The notes under the pieces were generated by a model, which was not told the origin of the DNA, made no database searches, and worked only from the letters and a program-made list of their open reading frames with translations. DNA of 59,897 bases, counting the filler, from Dugesia japonica (taxonomy: Eukaryota): NCBI GenBank assembly GCA_001938525.1. It is 4 parts of 4 records of this genome, joined end to end, with 100 filler letters (N's around TTAATTAATTAA, not from the genome) between each part and the next. Parts side by side here need not be neighbours in the genome. Positions count along the whole stretch, not along the records: positions 1 to 9,217 come from MQRL01623843.1; positions 9,318 to 31,263 come from MQRL01579590.1; 2 more parts are not named here. One strand, written 5' to 3'. Below, in pieces: positions 1 to 12,687 of the stretch (the first letter of the stretch is position 1; every line of letters begins with the position of its first letter). A program made the position numbers and the translations under genes.

Positions 1-400
1 TTTCATATTTTAGTGGTGAATATGAAAGTATGGATATTAAATTAGTTTTTGATACTAGTAAAGATTTTGGAGATTCTTGGCTTTCAACATTTTAAAAACG
101 ATGAATTCATTGAAAAAATAAAAATTAAATATTATTATCCGATTGTAACTAAGCATTCTTTTCAATTCGAATCTTAACTATGTATAAAGGATTTAAATCA
201 ACTAAATGACTATTTTAAGAAACACCTTCCAAAGTTATTTAAAACTTTATCATTAAAGCAAGATGAAATATTTGAATTTACATTAGCAAATAGAACTAAA
301 AGTGTTAAATTCGATAAAATCTTAAAAAAAACATTAGGATTAAAAGAATCGCAATATACTCGAATATAATTTAATGATAACAACTACTATATAAAAGTAA
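1..400 (+). pseudogene. Fragment of Polinton minor capsid (penton) gene, second copy
   Basis: Translates with stops/frameshifts as FQHFKNDEFIEKIKIK...KDLNQLNDYFKK...FEFTLANRTKSVKFDKILKKTLGLKESQYTRI. This is colinear with FHDFKNNDSVEKINIK...EDLNQLNENFKK...FEYTLSIKTKNIKFDKILTKSLLLKDPQYTRI at ~40640-40970 (-). Confidence 0.85.
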
Positions 401-404
401 TAAT

Positions 405-720
405 AATAAAAGAAAAAGTCAACAATGCTATGTATTCTTGAAGTAATTGTAATAAAGTAAGAGTTATTGTTTAATTTACTGTTTAATTCTATTTAGATTG
501 AACGGAGTACATCAATGTTACTTAAATCGTCTTATTTCAGTAGAAAATGCCCTAATCGTCAATACTCATACAACAAATTTATGTGGAGAACACTAGATAG
601 TGGTTTACAATAAAAAAAGCAACATTACACATAAAATATTTATTTGCATGTATTTGAATTTTAAAAAATATGTTTTATTATCAAAATGTCTTCATTTTTA
701 ATAATACTAAGAAACAAAAG
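405..720 (+). pseudogene. Possible remnant of Polinton cysteine protease (adenain-like) C-terminus
   Basis: One frame reads NALIVNTHTTNLCGEH*IVVY, resembling the Q-x3-S-x2-CG-x-(Y/H)C motif. 600-720 matches the reverse complement of ~35170-35295, which is preceded by VYNKIVYQDPFT. Very degenerate. Confidence 0.3.
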
Positions 721-958
721 TACTCTATTATTTTATATTATTTATTTAATTTCGTAAACATAGCATGCATTTACATTATTACAAGGTTATTATGTGAATA
801 AACCCTGTAATACACGGTTACTATGTAAATAATGCACTCATAAACCAATTTTAGTTAAAAAAAACTATTTATTTATAAGATTTTNNNNNNNNNNNNNNNN
901 NNNNNNNNNNNNNNNNNNNNNNNNNNNNNATTTATTAAACAACAAAATAATAATTACA

Positions 959-1273
959 TTAATTTCGACCAAACAAATAAAATATCACAACAGATGTCAA
1001 TAAAATACCAGCAATAAATTTATTTCTCTTTGGTCTCTTTAATTTTTCTTTAATTTTCTCCATGAATATTGACCGGACAATGCGTTCAACAAAGTCATGT
1101 TTTCTCAATAGGCCATTGTCAATCCTGCTTATAAATTGAATTTCGTCAACGGATTCACTGGTAATTTCATCTGCCAATTTTTTAATTTGTCTTTCCATTT
1201 CATTCATTTCTTCAACTGATCCATTGGTGATTGCATCTGTAATTTGTTTAATTCCCCTTTCGATTTGGTTCAT
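959..1273 (-). CDS. 104-aa tail-anchored membrane protein with a duplicated 22-aa helical repeat, Polinton-associated
   Basis: Intact ORF. Residues 1-22 and 23-44 are repeats; a basic stretch precedes a hydrophobic C-terminus (FIAGILLTSVVIFYLF). A homolog lies at 32294-32541. Confidence 0.75.
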   Translation of the reverse strand: MNQIERGIKQITDAITNGSVEEMNEMERQIKKLADEITSESVDEIQFISRIDNGLLRKHDFVERIVRSIFMEKIKEKLKRPKRNKFIAGILLTSVVIFYLFGRN

Positions 1274-1774
1274 TTTGTTTTCAACTTTGAAATGTAAAAG
1301 TGACTGATTTTACAAAAGCTACTGATTATATACTTGCTGCGATACATACATACTCGTTATTTGTTAGATTTTATTGGTCATTAAATGTTTTAAAGGAAAT
1401 GAATGGTTATTATTAATTTATATGATTGGATGTAATTTGTTTAAAATGATATAATTTGTTATCTAAATTACTCATGAACATGATGCGAGCATGTATTGTG
1501 CATGACGTGCGCATCCATTTTGCATGGTGACATCTTATGCCACGGTTAATGTATAAATAATATACTCATAATCTTTAAAATACATTGTTGCTATGTAAAT
1601 AATACAAATAATATACTCATAAACCTATACAATCATGAAAATATTTTCTTACAAGTTTTTTATATAGTCTTATTAAGTATACATGTCTTGAAAGGTTCCA
1701 TGAATTTATGATTTTTATGAAAAAAGTCCCGTGATTTTATCATTTTCTTCTCAGAAATGTTCTCAACCAATATG

Positions 1775-1965
1775 TTTTTTATTAGACATGGCATCGCTAA
1801 TTAGACTTTTTATTAAAACTTGCATCGCTAATGATACTTTTTGTTAAAAATTGCAACACTAATGAGACATTTTATTAAAAGTTGCATCGCTAATGAGATT
1901 TGTTATTTAAAATTGCAACACTAATGTGACTTTTTATTAAATATTGCATCACTAATATGTTTTTA
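1775..1965. repeat. 31-bp tandem repeat, ~6 copies (TTTTATTAAAAnTTGCATCGCTAATGAGAC-like)
   Basis: The GCAWCRCTAA core recurs at 1791, 1822, 1853, 1884, 1915 and 1946. Confidence 0.85.
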
Positions 1966-4024
1966 TAGAAAATTCCTTAGTTAATGTTTTTTTATGAAAA
2001 AAGTTCTGTTTTTATCATCTTGTAAAGAAATGTTTTAATTTAAATATTGTATCAGGTAAATAGGACAAAGACTCCCCTCTATGAACTTTTTTTTAATTTG
2101 AATAATATATTATGTAAATATCTCATAGACTCCCCTCTTTGAAGTTTTTTTTGATAGATATATTTTCATAAATGCAACTCAGAAGCATTACAGCTGCAAC
2201 ACACACACTGAAAATCACGTGCCTGAGAATTTTTAATAAATTTCTCATCAAAAAATAAGTTTTTTAATCTCAACATAGCTGCCATTTTGATTTTCTTTAA
2301 ATAAATGCAATAGGTATGCAACTCATTTGCAACTCAGATGCAACACAGACACATACATTAAAAAACCACATGCCTGGGAATTTTTATTGTTATTTTAAAT
2401 AAATGCAATAGTTATGCAGCTTAGATGCAACTCAAATGTAACACATATAGACTGAAAATCACGTGTCTATGAATTTTAGACTGCTTTATACATTGCAAAA
2501 TATCAAGCCTATCCCATCCTATGCTAAATATAGTTGCTCCCAATTCAAAATTTCAAGACTGCTCATACCAGACAAAATATCAAGACTACCCATACCATGC
2601 ATCAATTTCCTGTTATAATATCTTAAATATATCAAGACTGCCCGATATCATGTAATAATATCTTTAAAAATATCTTTAAAAATATCAAGACTTATCTCCT
2701 TACCATATAATTACCTTATAAAACCCAATAATTATCTTATAAAGCCTATAGAAAACATATTGTAGTTTGTAAATTACAATATTTGAAAAAATATTTTTGA
2801 TTAAAAAAAAAATGTATATCAATATCTATAAATAATATTTTTAAAATAAATATATTTTTTATATAAAAAATTTAAAAAACTAAATAAAATTAATTAAACA
2901 TAATATTAATAATATTAATTAAATATATTAATTAGTTGTCCTAATACGAATTTAAAAGAAACTTTTAAAAATGTTTAGTTCAAAAAAAATTAATTTTATA
3001 ATATTGTGTGAAATTTTTGAATGAATTTTAAAATAGAAATTTATATACAAAATAATATTTATTTAAAATAACTTAAATTATGTATAAAAAACACAAAGCA
3101 AAATAAAATNTTTAAAAATTTTCAAAAAAAATACAAAAATTAAAAATTAAAAAATTCTAAGTATAATATATCTAAAATATTTAAAAGACTTTTCTGTATT
3201 AATCAAAAAAAAATTTTTGAGTTGATTTAAAAATAAAAATTAAAATCATTAAAATTAAAAGTAAACAAATATAAACCAATAAAATTTCGATAAAATTTAA
3301 AGAATTGAGTAACAAAGATCTATTGTATTGAATATCTCAANNNNNNNNNNNNNNNNNNNNNNNNNNNNNNNNNNNNNNNNNNNNNNNNNNNNNNNNNNNN
3401 NNNNNNNNNNNNNNNNNNNNNNNNNNNNNNNNNNNNNNNNNNNNNNNNNNNNNNNNNNNNNNNNNNNNNNNNNNAGTATTATATGACTATATTATGTTAA
3501 TTGTGGATATTACATTACTCTATTTAGTTTATTTTATGTATAAGATCAGATTGGTTTTATTGTGTATAAAACAAAATTGGCTATTTTTGTTTTTAATTGG
3601 CTATTTTTTTTTCATATGTATAAGATTCAAACAAAAAACAAAATCAAAAAAAAACATTTAAAAAAAAAATAACTACACACTTAAAAAAATTAAAACTTAA
3701 AAAAAATAAAAAATATTTAAAAAAAATTTAAAACAAAAACAAACTAAAAAATTTTTAAAAAAATTTAAAAAAAGAATTAGAAAAAGTATTTAACACAAAA
3801 AAACAAATTAAAGAAAAAATTTTAAAAAAAAGTAAATAAAAGAATTTTTAAAATCCCAAAAAAATCATGTAGTAATTAAAACAAAAACAAAAAATCACTT
3901 TATTTTGACGGGGAAGGTGACACGTTATTATGTTTTCCTATTAACATGAATGCAATGATTANNNNNNNNNNNNNNNNNNNNNNNNNNNNNNNNNNNNNNN
4001 NNNNNNCATGAAATCAATTATAAT

Positions 4025-4212
4025 AAGGAAAATGCAACACTGATGCAACTGTAACAAAGAAAATACAACACTAATGCATCTATAACAAGGAAAATTCAAC
4101 ACGAATTCAACTATAACAAAGAAAGTACGACACTAATGCAACTATAACAAAGAAAATGCAACATTAATGCAACTATAACAAGGAAAATACAACAATAATT
4201 CAATTAAACAAA
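4025..4212. repeat. 31-bp tandem repeat, ~6 copies (AAATGCAACACTAATGCAACTATAACAAAGA-like)
   Basis: Read directly; shares the TGCAACACTAATG core with the 1775-1965 array. Confidence 0.85.
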
Positions 4213-5469
4213 GAACATGAGTCATATTTGTGTGACATGAATGCAATGGAAACAATGAAAATGCACGATAAATCAAAGTTTTAATAAGGTTTGTTTAGAA
4301 TATTATAGGATGTTATAGGTTATCTATTTAGTTTTAAAAAATTCTTAAAAAGTTTTAAGATTTTATTGGTTTGAAAATGTTTTTAAAGTTCAATAGATTT
4401 TAATTAATAAATTTTAAATTATTATTAAATTAGTTTTTGTTTAAGTATATTAAATTAAAAATGATTAATAATTAATTATTATTATGATATGGAAATTATT
4501 TATTTATTTTTGTTTAACTGAGTTAAATAAATAAAACGGTAGATGACCTTGAAAAATCTATNATAAAATAAGTGAATATTTATTTGTTAATTTATTTTAA
4601 TGTTTTTTTTTATTCAAATATTAACAAAATGAATTCAAGGAAAAATATTTCAACAAATATGTTAAGTAAATTTATTGTTATTGATTTATATTTTAGACTG
4701 ANNNNNNNNNNNNNNNNNNNNNNNNNNNNNNNNNNNNNNNNNNNNNNNNNNTTTATTGTTATTGATTTATATTTTAGACTGAAAAAATAAATGATGTGTC
4801 TAAGGAATTTTATGACAAAGGAATTCATGAATAGAGGTTAGATTTATTAAGATTAAATTTTAGGTTAATGACTTTATTTAATAATTATAAGTTAATGATT
4901 TTATTTTAATAATTTTAAGTTAATGATTTTATTTTAATTTGATTATAATTTCATTTCAATTTTTTATGTAATGATTTAAATTTTACATAATATTATAAAA
5001 TTTAGCTTAATAATTTTTATTTAATTTAAAGATTTTAATTGAACTTAATGGTTTAATTTAATGATACAACCTAATTATTATGAAAAGAAGCACATTTACA
5101 GGTAATTTATTTTATTATTTAAACTAATTAATTTGTACTATTAAAATCTTATTTATAATTAAGATTCAGATTTAAACCACTGTACATAATGATTATGAAT
5201 ATCCATGTTTTATCATTATTTAAATTTTATGATTTGATTAGTCTTTTCATTTGTTTTTTATATATTATTTTTAACATTGTTTGAGAAGCATTTTATATAA
5301 ATATTTCGCGGGCAGAATTCACTTCAAAATATGAAAATGTTTAACAAAATAAGGTTTTCCATCGATTTTCTATGAAAAATCCATAAAAAATAATTAAATC
5401 ACTTAATTTAAATAAAACTCTCAAAAATCAGTAAATTTAAACAAGTCATAAAAATCAATTAATTTAAAC

Positions 5470-5600
5470 AAAAAATATTAAGTCTGCACGGGAAATTTAA
5501 ATATTAATTATGCACGGAGAATTTAAATATTAAGTCTGTCCGGTGAATATTAATATTAATTCAGTCTGGAGAACTTTATTATTAAGTCTGCCCGGATGAT
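5470..5600. repeat. Short degenerate ~30-bp tandem repeat (AATATTAAGTCTGnnCGG core)
   Basis: 4-5 degenerate units are visible. Confidence 0.6.
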
Positions 5601-5782
5601 AGTTGACATTGACCTAATAAAGATTGTCATGGAAATATCATNNNNNNNNNNNNNNNNNNNNNNNNNNNNNNNNNNNNNNNNNNNNNNNNNNNNNNNNNNN
5701 NNNNTCTGACCTTGAAAATTCGACCTTGAATTATTTCAGCCAATGAGAATGAAGTATACTAAAACACTGACCTTGAAAGACT

Positions 5783-6010
5783 TTACTCGAAGAACTTGGA
5801 AATGATAATTTGCAGAAGATCACCCTCATCACACTTTTCTTGCCTCATAAAATTTTTAAGTGATCTAAAAAGGTAAAAATCACTTGGAGAAAGGTCTGAG
5901 GAATAAGGCAGGTTGTGAATGATGTCACATCCAAGTTCGTCCTTGATGTATTTTTTCGTTGCAGTAACAGTATGCGGAGGAGCGCTGTCCATCTGAATCC
6001 TAAATTTTTA
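5783..6010 (-). mobile_element. Mariner (DD34D-type) transposase C-terminal remnant
   Basis: MDSAPPH...LPYSSDLSPSDFYLFRSLK matches the mariner DNA(R)PH and PYSPDLAPSDFxLF motifs. Confidence 0.85.
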
Positions 6011-8597
6011 TTTGGAAGCTTCCTTTGGCCCTGTGTAGCTGCACATTGATTTCATCATGCCTGTGACAATTTCTGAGCTGGAAGATATGGTTACATGAGC
6101 AAGAGCTTGCTGCTCCTAGAGCTTGTCGATCCTCAGTTAAAGGTCTTCTAGAATCTTGTTTATGTACAGGGCTCTATTGTATCTTCTTAATGTTGAGTTT
6201 ATAAGGTACAAAAATACATATAGCATGCAAGTCAACAGAAGCAGATCTTAAAAAACCAAATCCCAAAACAAATCAACTCAATCCAAATCCAATATCATAA
6301 GAAGATTCAATTTATTATGACATTATTATCAATTTGAATTATCCTGACATTATTTATTTAATCTTATTGAACNNNNNNNNNNNNNNNNNNNNNNNNCAAT
6401 TGTGTATATTTGAATTTATGAAATTTATTCTATTTTTATTTATTTGTTTTATTTTATTTTTATTTTGAAAAACAATTTTATTTTTATTTTAATTTTTATC
6501 AATTTTGTAAAACATTTGGAAAAAACAATTTATTTTTATGAAAAATATTTGATTTTATTGAAAATGTAAAAATANNNNNNNNNNNNNNNNNNNNNNNNNN
6601 NNNNNNNNNNNNNNNNNNNNNNNNNNNNNNNNNNNNNNNNNNNNNNNNNNNNNNNNNNNNNNNNNNNNNNNNNNNNNNNNNNNNNNNNNNNNNNNNNNNN
6701 NNNNNNNNNNNNNNNNNNNNNNNNNNNNNNNNNNNNNNNNNNNNNNNNNNNNNNNNNNNNNNNNNNNNNNNNNNNNNNNNNNNNNNNNNNNNNNNNNNNN
6801 NNNNNNNNNNNNNNNNNNNNNNNNNNNNNNNNNNNNNNNNNNNNNNNNNNNNNNNNNNNNNNNNNNNNNNNNNNAATATCGTATTAACATATATTTGAAA
6901 ACAAACAAAGAATTTTTAACACCCGTAAAATCTTAATATATATATTTTTTCGAACCATAAAATCTTTTGTTGAGTAGAAATACCCAACATTAAACTGCTA
7001 GAACTACTTTTGTACCATAAGTGCTGATATTACATCTAGGCCCCTCATTTCATTAATAATTAGCACATTTTCACTTTCATTCCTTCCATTTTTATAGTGT
7101 GTTTGTAAAAGTACATGAATTTTATCCTTGCATTCTGTCATTCTAAAATAAATTTTTAAAAAATCGATATAATTAAATTAAAAATAATTAAATTAAATTA
7201 ATATTAAAATAAATGAAAGAAAAGAAGATAAGCGAGTAATGAAATACGAATTAAACGCAAATTAATCATCTATATTTAGATGGATGAAAACGCTTAACAA
7301 AACTTTGGAAACCAGCAAATTTTCCAGAATTGTCCCAATTAAAGCTATCGAGTCGAAGTGCAAATATTCGCCAGTTTCGATGGTCGTTGCTACGAACTGA
7401 TCAAGAATTTTCCAGGCGTTGCACGGGAAAATTGCAATGCTAGTAATCTAGATGTCACAGATGAGATGACAAAATCTTGAATATACCCGTAGACACAAAG
7501 CTCAGAGTATGAAGATCTGAGAGTTAGAAACCAACGTAAAGTAGTTCTACAAGAAAACAAGAGTTTATGCAGACTCCGCCTGCCTCTTCCTCAGTTTCAC
7601 CACTCAAGAATATCCAACGAACATTCGTTGATTTGAGCATTGAAGACGATTTACATCGTATTGTGTTTGCTCATAAATTTGAACATCTGGGTGTGAAAAT
7701 ATGATAAATTGATTTAAATTGTTTTGTTTACTTAATATGACTTCTAACGCCTATTAAGAATGAGTCCGTAAACATGCAAATGGTGCGGTTATGCACTCTT
7801 AACGACAGTTAAGAATTTTTTAGGTGGCCATTAACGTATCGAAGGGACGAATGCATTAGGTCCTCGTTGGTGAGTCATAGTGTAATATCTTTACAGTCAA
7901 GAAACCCCAACAATAGCAAAAATTCCCGTATTTGGATCATAAGTAACTACCATAGTTTACAGAAAGAACCTAATCACAGAAAAGTGAAAATAAACTACCT
8001 CCCTCTGGAAAATTGGAGTCGGTATGTCTAATACAACTGGTGAATATATAAAGGGTTATAAAGGAATATTTTAAGGGTTCTTGGAGCTGTTGACGATTTA
8101 TTTTGTTATTCAAACTGAAAAGAAATTGTTGAAATCCCATTATGAAGCATTAACTATTTCATCGAAAATCGTAAATAGACGTCTCAGATTATGGATGGAT
8201 CAGAATAAACTAAATTATTCAAAAAATTATAAATGATCACAAAATGAAGATAATTTTTTGCAAAGATCAAACGAAGTAATAGCTAATAAACTCTTAAAGA
8301 AGTCAATCAATCCCAACGTCGAAATAATTATAAGAAAAAACATAAAAATAATCTCAGAACTTAAAAAAATAAAATTAAACAAATTTATTATTAATCCAGG
8401 AAAAATTATTTATTTGGAGTTGTAAGTTGAATTTATTTGTTTTAAATATCTAATTTGATAGTTTTTTAAACGCTATTAATATTCAAAAAGTAAATTTTAT
8501 TTAAAATGTATTAAAATTAAAAACTTAACTAATAGTAAAATTAAGTATTTGCGAAAAAATTGTGAAATTATAAATTAATCATAAATTATATTTTAGA

Positions 8598-9153
8598 ATG
8601 AGTATATCATCATCAAAAGTTACTGATTTGAATAATGGTAGTTTAATTAAGGAAAATAATCTGTGTTAACTTAATATTTTCCAGGAAAATCTGAAAATCC
8701 GGCTTATCGAATTTACGATAATCCAGTTTTTGAAAGTAAATATTCAGTAACATATTTCTATTTTATTAAATACAAATTTTATGAGGATCTCAAAGTATAC
8801 ACTCAATGAAATCAAGTAAAATAAAGAAATCCAAAAAGAAAACCAAAGAACCGGATGCAGTCAGTATTAAAAAATTAGTATGGTTTTTATATACAAAAGA
8901 AATTTTTTTTAACTATTTCAAAATCATAGTTTTCCTTTGCTACACGCGGTGACATTGTAATGATTATTATTGCTTTAATAATGTCGTGTGGTACTGGGAT
9001 TTGTTGGCCATTAATAATTTTAGTATTTGGCAGCACCACTTATTCAATGGCAGATTATCAATATTATGTTTATAATTTAACAGCGTTACTAACTTCTAAG
9101 AACATATCAAATCCATCATCAATGACTGTCACAGAAATGGAACAAATTGCTAC
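8598..9153 (+). CDS. ABCB1: 5' exons of an ABCB1/MDR P-glycoprotein-family transporter, truncated by scaffold end
   Basis: Exons 8598-8637, 8685-8735, 8786-8877 and 8930-9153, joined by GT-AG introns of 47, 50 and 52 nt, stay in frame. They give ...KKTKEPDAVSIKKLFSFATRGDIVMIIIALIMSCGTGICWPLIILVFGST, the typical MDR elbow helix and TM1. The symbol is family-level only. Confidence 0.8.
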
Positions 9154-9217
9154 GTAAGAGTGTAATTTATGAAATGAAAATTCAGTTTTAGAAAATGAAT
9201 TTAAACAAATTTTATTT

Positions 9218-9317
9218 NNNNNNNNNNNNNNNNNNNNNNNNNNNNNNNNNNNNNNNNNNNNTTAATTAATTAANNNNNNNNNNNNNNNNNNNNNNNNNNN
9301 NNNNNNNNNNNNNNNNN
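9218..9317. other. Artificial scaffold linker (44 N + TTAATTAATTAA + 44 N)
   Basis: Exactly 100 bp, stops in all six frames, identical at three places. Confidence 0.95.
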
Positions 9318-9690
9318 CCATTTAACAACATCTTTGTATCCATTTAACAACATCTTTGTATCCATTTAACAACATCTTTGTATCCATTTACTTAAATCTT
9401 TGTATCCATTTACCTACATCTTTGTATCAATTTACCTACATCTTTGTATACATTTAACAACATCTTTGTATCCATTTACTTACATCTTTGTATCCATATA
9501 ACAACATCTTTGTATCCATTTAACAACATCTTTGTATCCATTTAACTACATCTTTGTATCCATTTACCTACATCTTTGTATACATTTAACAACATCTTTG
9601 TATCAATTTAACTACATCTTTGTATCCATTTAACTACATCTTTGTATTCATTTAACTACATCTTTGTATCCTTATAACAAGATCTTTGTT
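9318..9690. repeat. 22-bp minisatellite CCATTTAACWACATCTTTGTAT, ~16 copies
   Basis: Units start at 9318, 9340, 9362 and so on. Confidence 0.95.
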
Positions 9691-9790
9691 TTTTCCAATC
9701 TCGAATTGTTGATTTCCGAATACTTCTAAACCTTTCTACGGCTCTAATTGATTTATGTTGAATTTATTCTCATATTTCTAGCTTTTGCCA
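9685..9790 (-). mobile_element. Remnant N-terminal HTH of a pogo/CENP-B-type transposase; second copy at ~28590-28690
   Basis: Minus frame reads KLEI*E*IQHKSIRAVERFRSIRKSTIRDWKKQ. Confidence 0.5.
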
Positions 9791-12687
9791 ATATTCAAAA
9801 TTGGAGATTTTGGTTAAATTTCATGCTGGATTTTTAATGTACAAATATTCTTTCTCTGAATTCATTGTATTCCTATGCTAATTATCTTCTGTGATTCTTT
9901 CAATAATGACTTGGTAGTTCGAAACAAGAATTTGTTTAATTGAATTTTTTCGGTTTTTTCAAAAAATTTCGACTATAAAAAGCTTAACTTCTATATTTTA
10001 CTAAAATTTTTTTTAGAAATTCTGTCTAAATTATATACATTTATCCTACTAAATATCAGTAACATTATCATAATATTTATCAAAATATTGCATAATAATT
10101 ATAAAAAATAGTCAGAAGATTTCAGAATCTGGTTTTTAAATGATTTTTAAATGTTCTATGTTTGTTTTGATTTGTTAATTTTTTTTGTTTTTGATTCAAA
10201 TCAACTTTTTAGAATTTTTCTGTTTTAGTCTTAAAATTAATAACGACAAGGAAATTATAAAGATAAATTTCCAATATAAACAGAATTTAAATTTAACATG
10301 CATGCGCAAATGAAATATTATCAATAATATATTAGGTTTTTATATATAATTAATAAGTAGATAAACACGTCAGCACTAAACTAACCCCCATGCCGACAAA
10401 GTGGTTCAGAAATTTTGCTTGGTTTTTTTATCTTTCAAATTTTATTTTCAGAAAATTTTCGTGGAAGTTCAAAATTTGAATTTTGGTTTCGAATTTTTTC
10501 CGGAAAAAATACCGCATGGTTGTAAATTTGGTATTTAATTAATTATAAACTATTTCCAGATTTTATGTTACTTTAATCGAAAATTTTTTGTTCTTGCTGG
10601 AATGAAGTGGATCGCTCTAAACCACTTTGAACTTAGTTTAGAATTTTCTCATTCAATAATGATCACATGATTTCAAATTTAATATTGTTAGAATCAGAAT
10701 ATAAAACTACTTGTATAATGCCTAAATAACTTAACTAAAAATGATTCCTTCTCATAATTTGATTTCAATATGTGCTTTGTTTAATTTTCACGTGTTAATT
10801 TTGATTAAATTTGTTGGGCTGGAACACGTTGAAAAATAGAAATTGTAATCCCGAAAAGTGTGAATATCAATGAGTAAAGTACGGATAATGGATGGCAGAG
10901 TAGATGTGCTGGACCGGAAAATGGATTATTTTATACGAAATTATTATTATTATTATGTAATTATTATTAGTATAATTATTACAAAATTATTTGTGAAAAA
11001 ATTGAAAATCGGGCGTAAAGGACCCAAATTTTATCACACAGAAATAAAATTTATACGAGCTAAAAGGAAATGAAGAATGAAATAATAAAAATAATCTACA
11101 ATAATATATTAGAAGGGCCTCTATTTATTATAAATAACGCTAATTAGAGTTTAATATTATTTGAAAGTTAATTAATTTTTGGTCCAGTCATCTTGCTTTG
11201 CCTGAATCACGCGATAAGAGTTACAAATAAATAACGAAAACTCTTATTCATCGGAAGTCAGACAAGGACTTTGCCTAGAAACTGACGGATTCATCAGAGG
11301 TCACATGAGATGACGGTCGAAATTAATCAAAATCCGAAAATTCCGAGTTCTTGTGCAGAAACACTGAGGTATGCTCATCGAATTCAGGACTGTGGCAGTA
11401 AATCGGGAAGTCCAGGTAGTAAAATTATTCGAAGGCTAATCAAGAGCCAAGCAATCTCTTTCTCCAAGGTGGAATACGAAGAAATTAAGCAGTTGTTGTT
11501 AAAAAAAATTTAATTTTGTTATAGCTAACATATTTTTACAAATCAATTTGGTAAATCAAATTTCTTAAAATCTACTACTTGTGGTTGAATATTATTTTTC
11601 TCAATATTGGATCCTTGATTCCGGAACGACTAAAAGAGTAAATTTTTTTATTCATTTATAGTTCTTATCCCATTTTAAAATTTATGTGTAAGAGTGCCAT
11701 TCCCCAAACTTGAGTTTTCCAGGATGGATCGAGCTCCTGATGCATTCCGACCATTAGTTAATGTGCAAGTGTTATGAAGTTCTACACATTCACGGGCAAC
11801 CTAAGTTAAAAGAAATGAGCGTCATCGTTAGAGTAAATATGGAAAATGAATCTGGTATAATTGAATTACCGTCAAAGTATGCATTGACGAGGATTGGTAG
11901 TTCGATCGATCTCTGGAGCAACCGTCTGATTATTTGATTTTAAAAGAAAATGTGTTGGGTTTTGATTCATGGGCAGTTATCAGGTCCATTGGCGTTTTGG
12001 TCGCTAAGTATTTTTTTTCTTTATTATTTTTGTTATTGTCAAGTTATTTAATTTTTATAAAATTATTGTAACAAAGTAACTTTTTCTTGATCTGCCGATC
12101 AATTCATATCACTAAGGTTATGAATGAATCATGCTAATATTAATCGCCGTTAGACGGTTGTAAGATTTGATGATGCAAGTAATGATAATAATAATATAAT
12201 CATTCTCTTATAATTTTATTCATTTATTTATAATTTTGTTTATTCTATTTAGTTAATAATCTTAAATCATATAAGGTATTATTTAGAAGAATAATTATTT
12301 AACCTTAAATTTCAATAATTTGTCTCACTGAATTATTTTACATTAGTCGATAAAAATCAATACGAAAAATCCATCCTAGCATATGGCGATGACGGGAACG
12401 AGAAAAGATGTGTAATTTAAATGCTCATCTTTCCTGGTTCGCGTCATATAACATTGGAAGCGAAATATTAGGCCGTAGGCCGAAGNNNNNNNNNNNNNNN
12501 NNNNNNNNNNNNNNNNNNNNNNNNNNNNNNNNNNNCTCATCTTTCCTGGTTCGCGTCATATAACATTGGAAGCGAAATATTAGGCCGTAGGCCGAAGAAA
12601 ATTATTCTAAAATTAAAACGCGATGATTCTGTCAAATCAACGCTCATGTCATTTCACTACTTTATTTAATTGCTTTTGATTTCTTAG

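Noticed and set aside
6555-6908. ORFs made mostly of X (also 35829-36281, 38970-39287, 45950-46224)
   Set aside because: Open only because of N runs.
6950-7145. Minus-strand exon-like stretch MTECKDKIHVLLQ
   Set aside because: Stops after 45 codons and has no recognisable motif.
9318-9690. CRISPR-like regular array
   Set aside because: Head-to-tail units with no unique spacers, no cas genes, eukaryotic context.
10870-11513. Short ORFs 10870-11073 and 11310-11513 (likewise 20846, 21467, 24569, 58969, 59227)
   Set aside because: No motifs; several lie in repeats or are expected by chance.
12425-12596. Exact ~60-bp direct repeat around an N gap; same pattern at 4671-4782
   Set aside because: Typical unmerged contig-overlap artefact.
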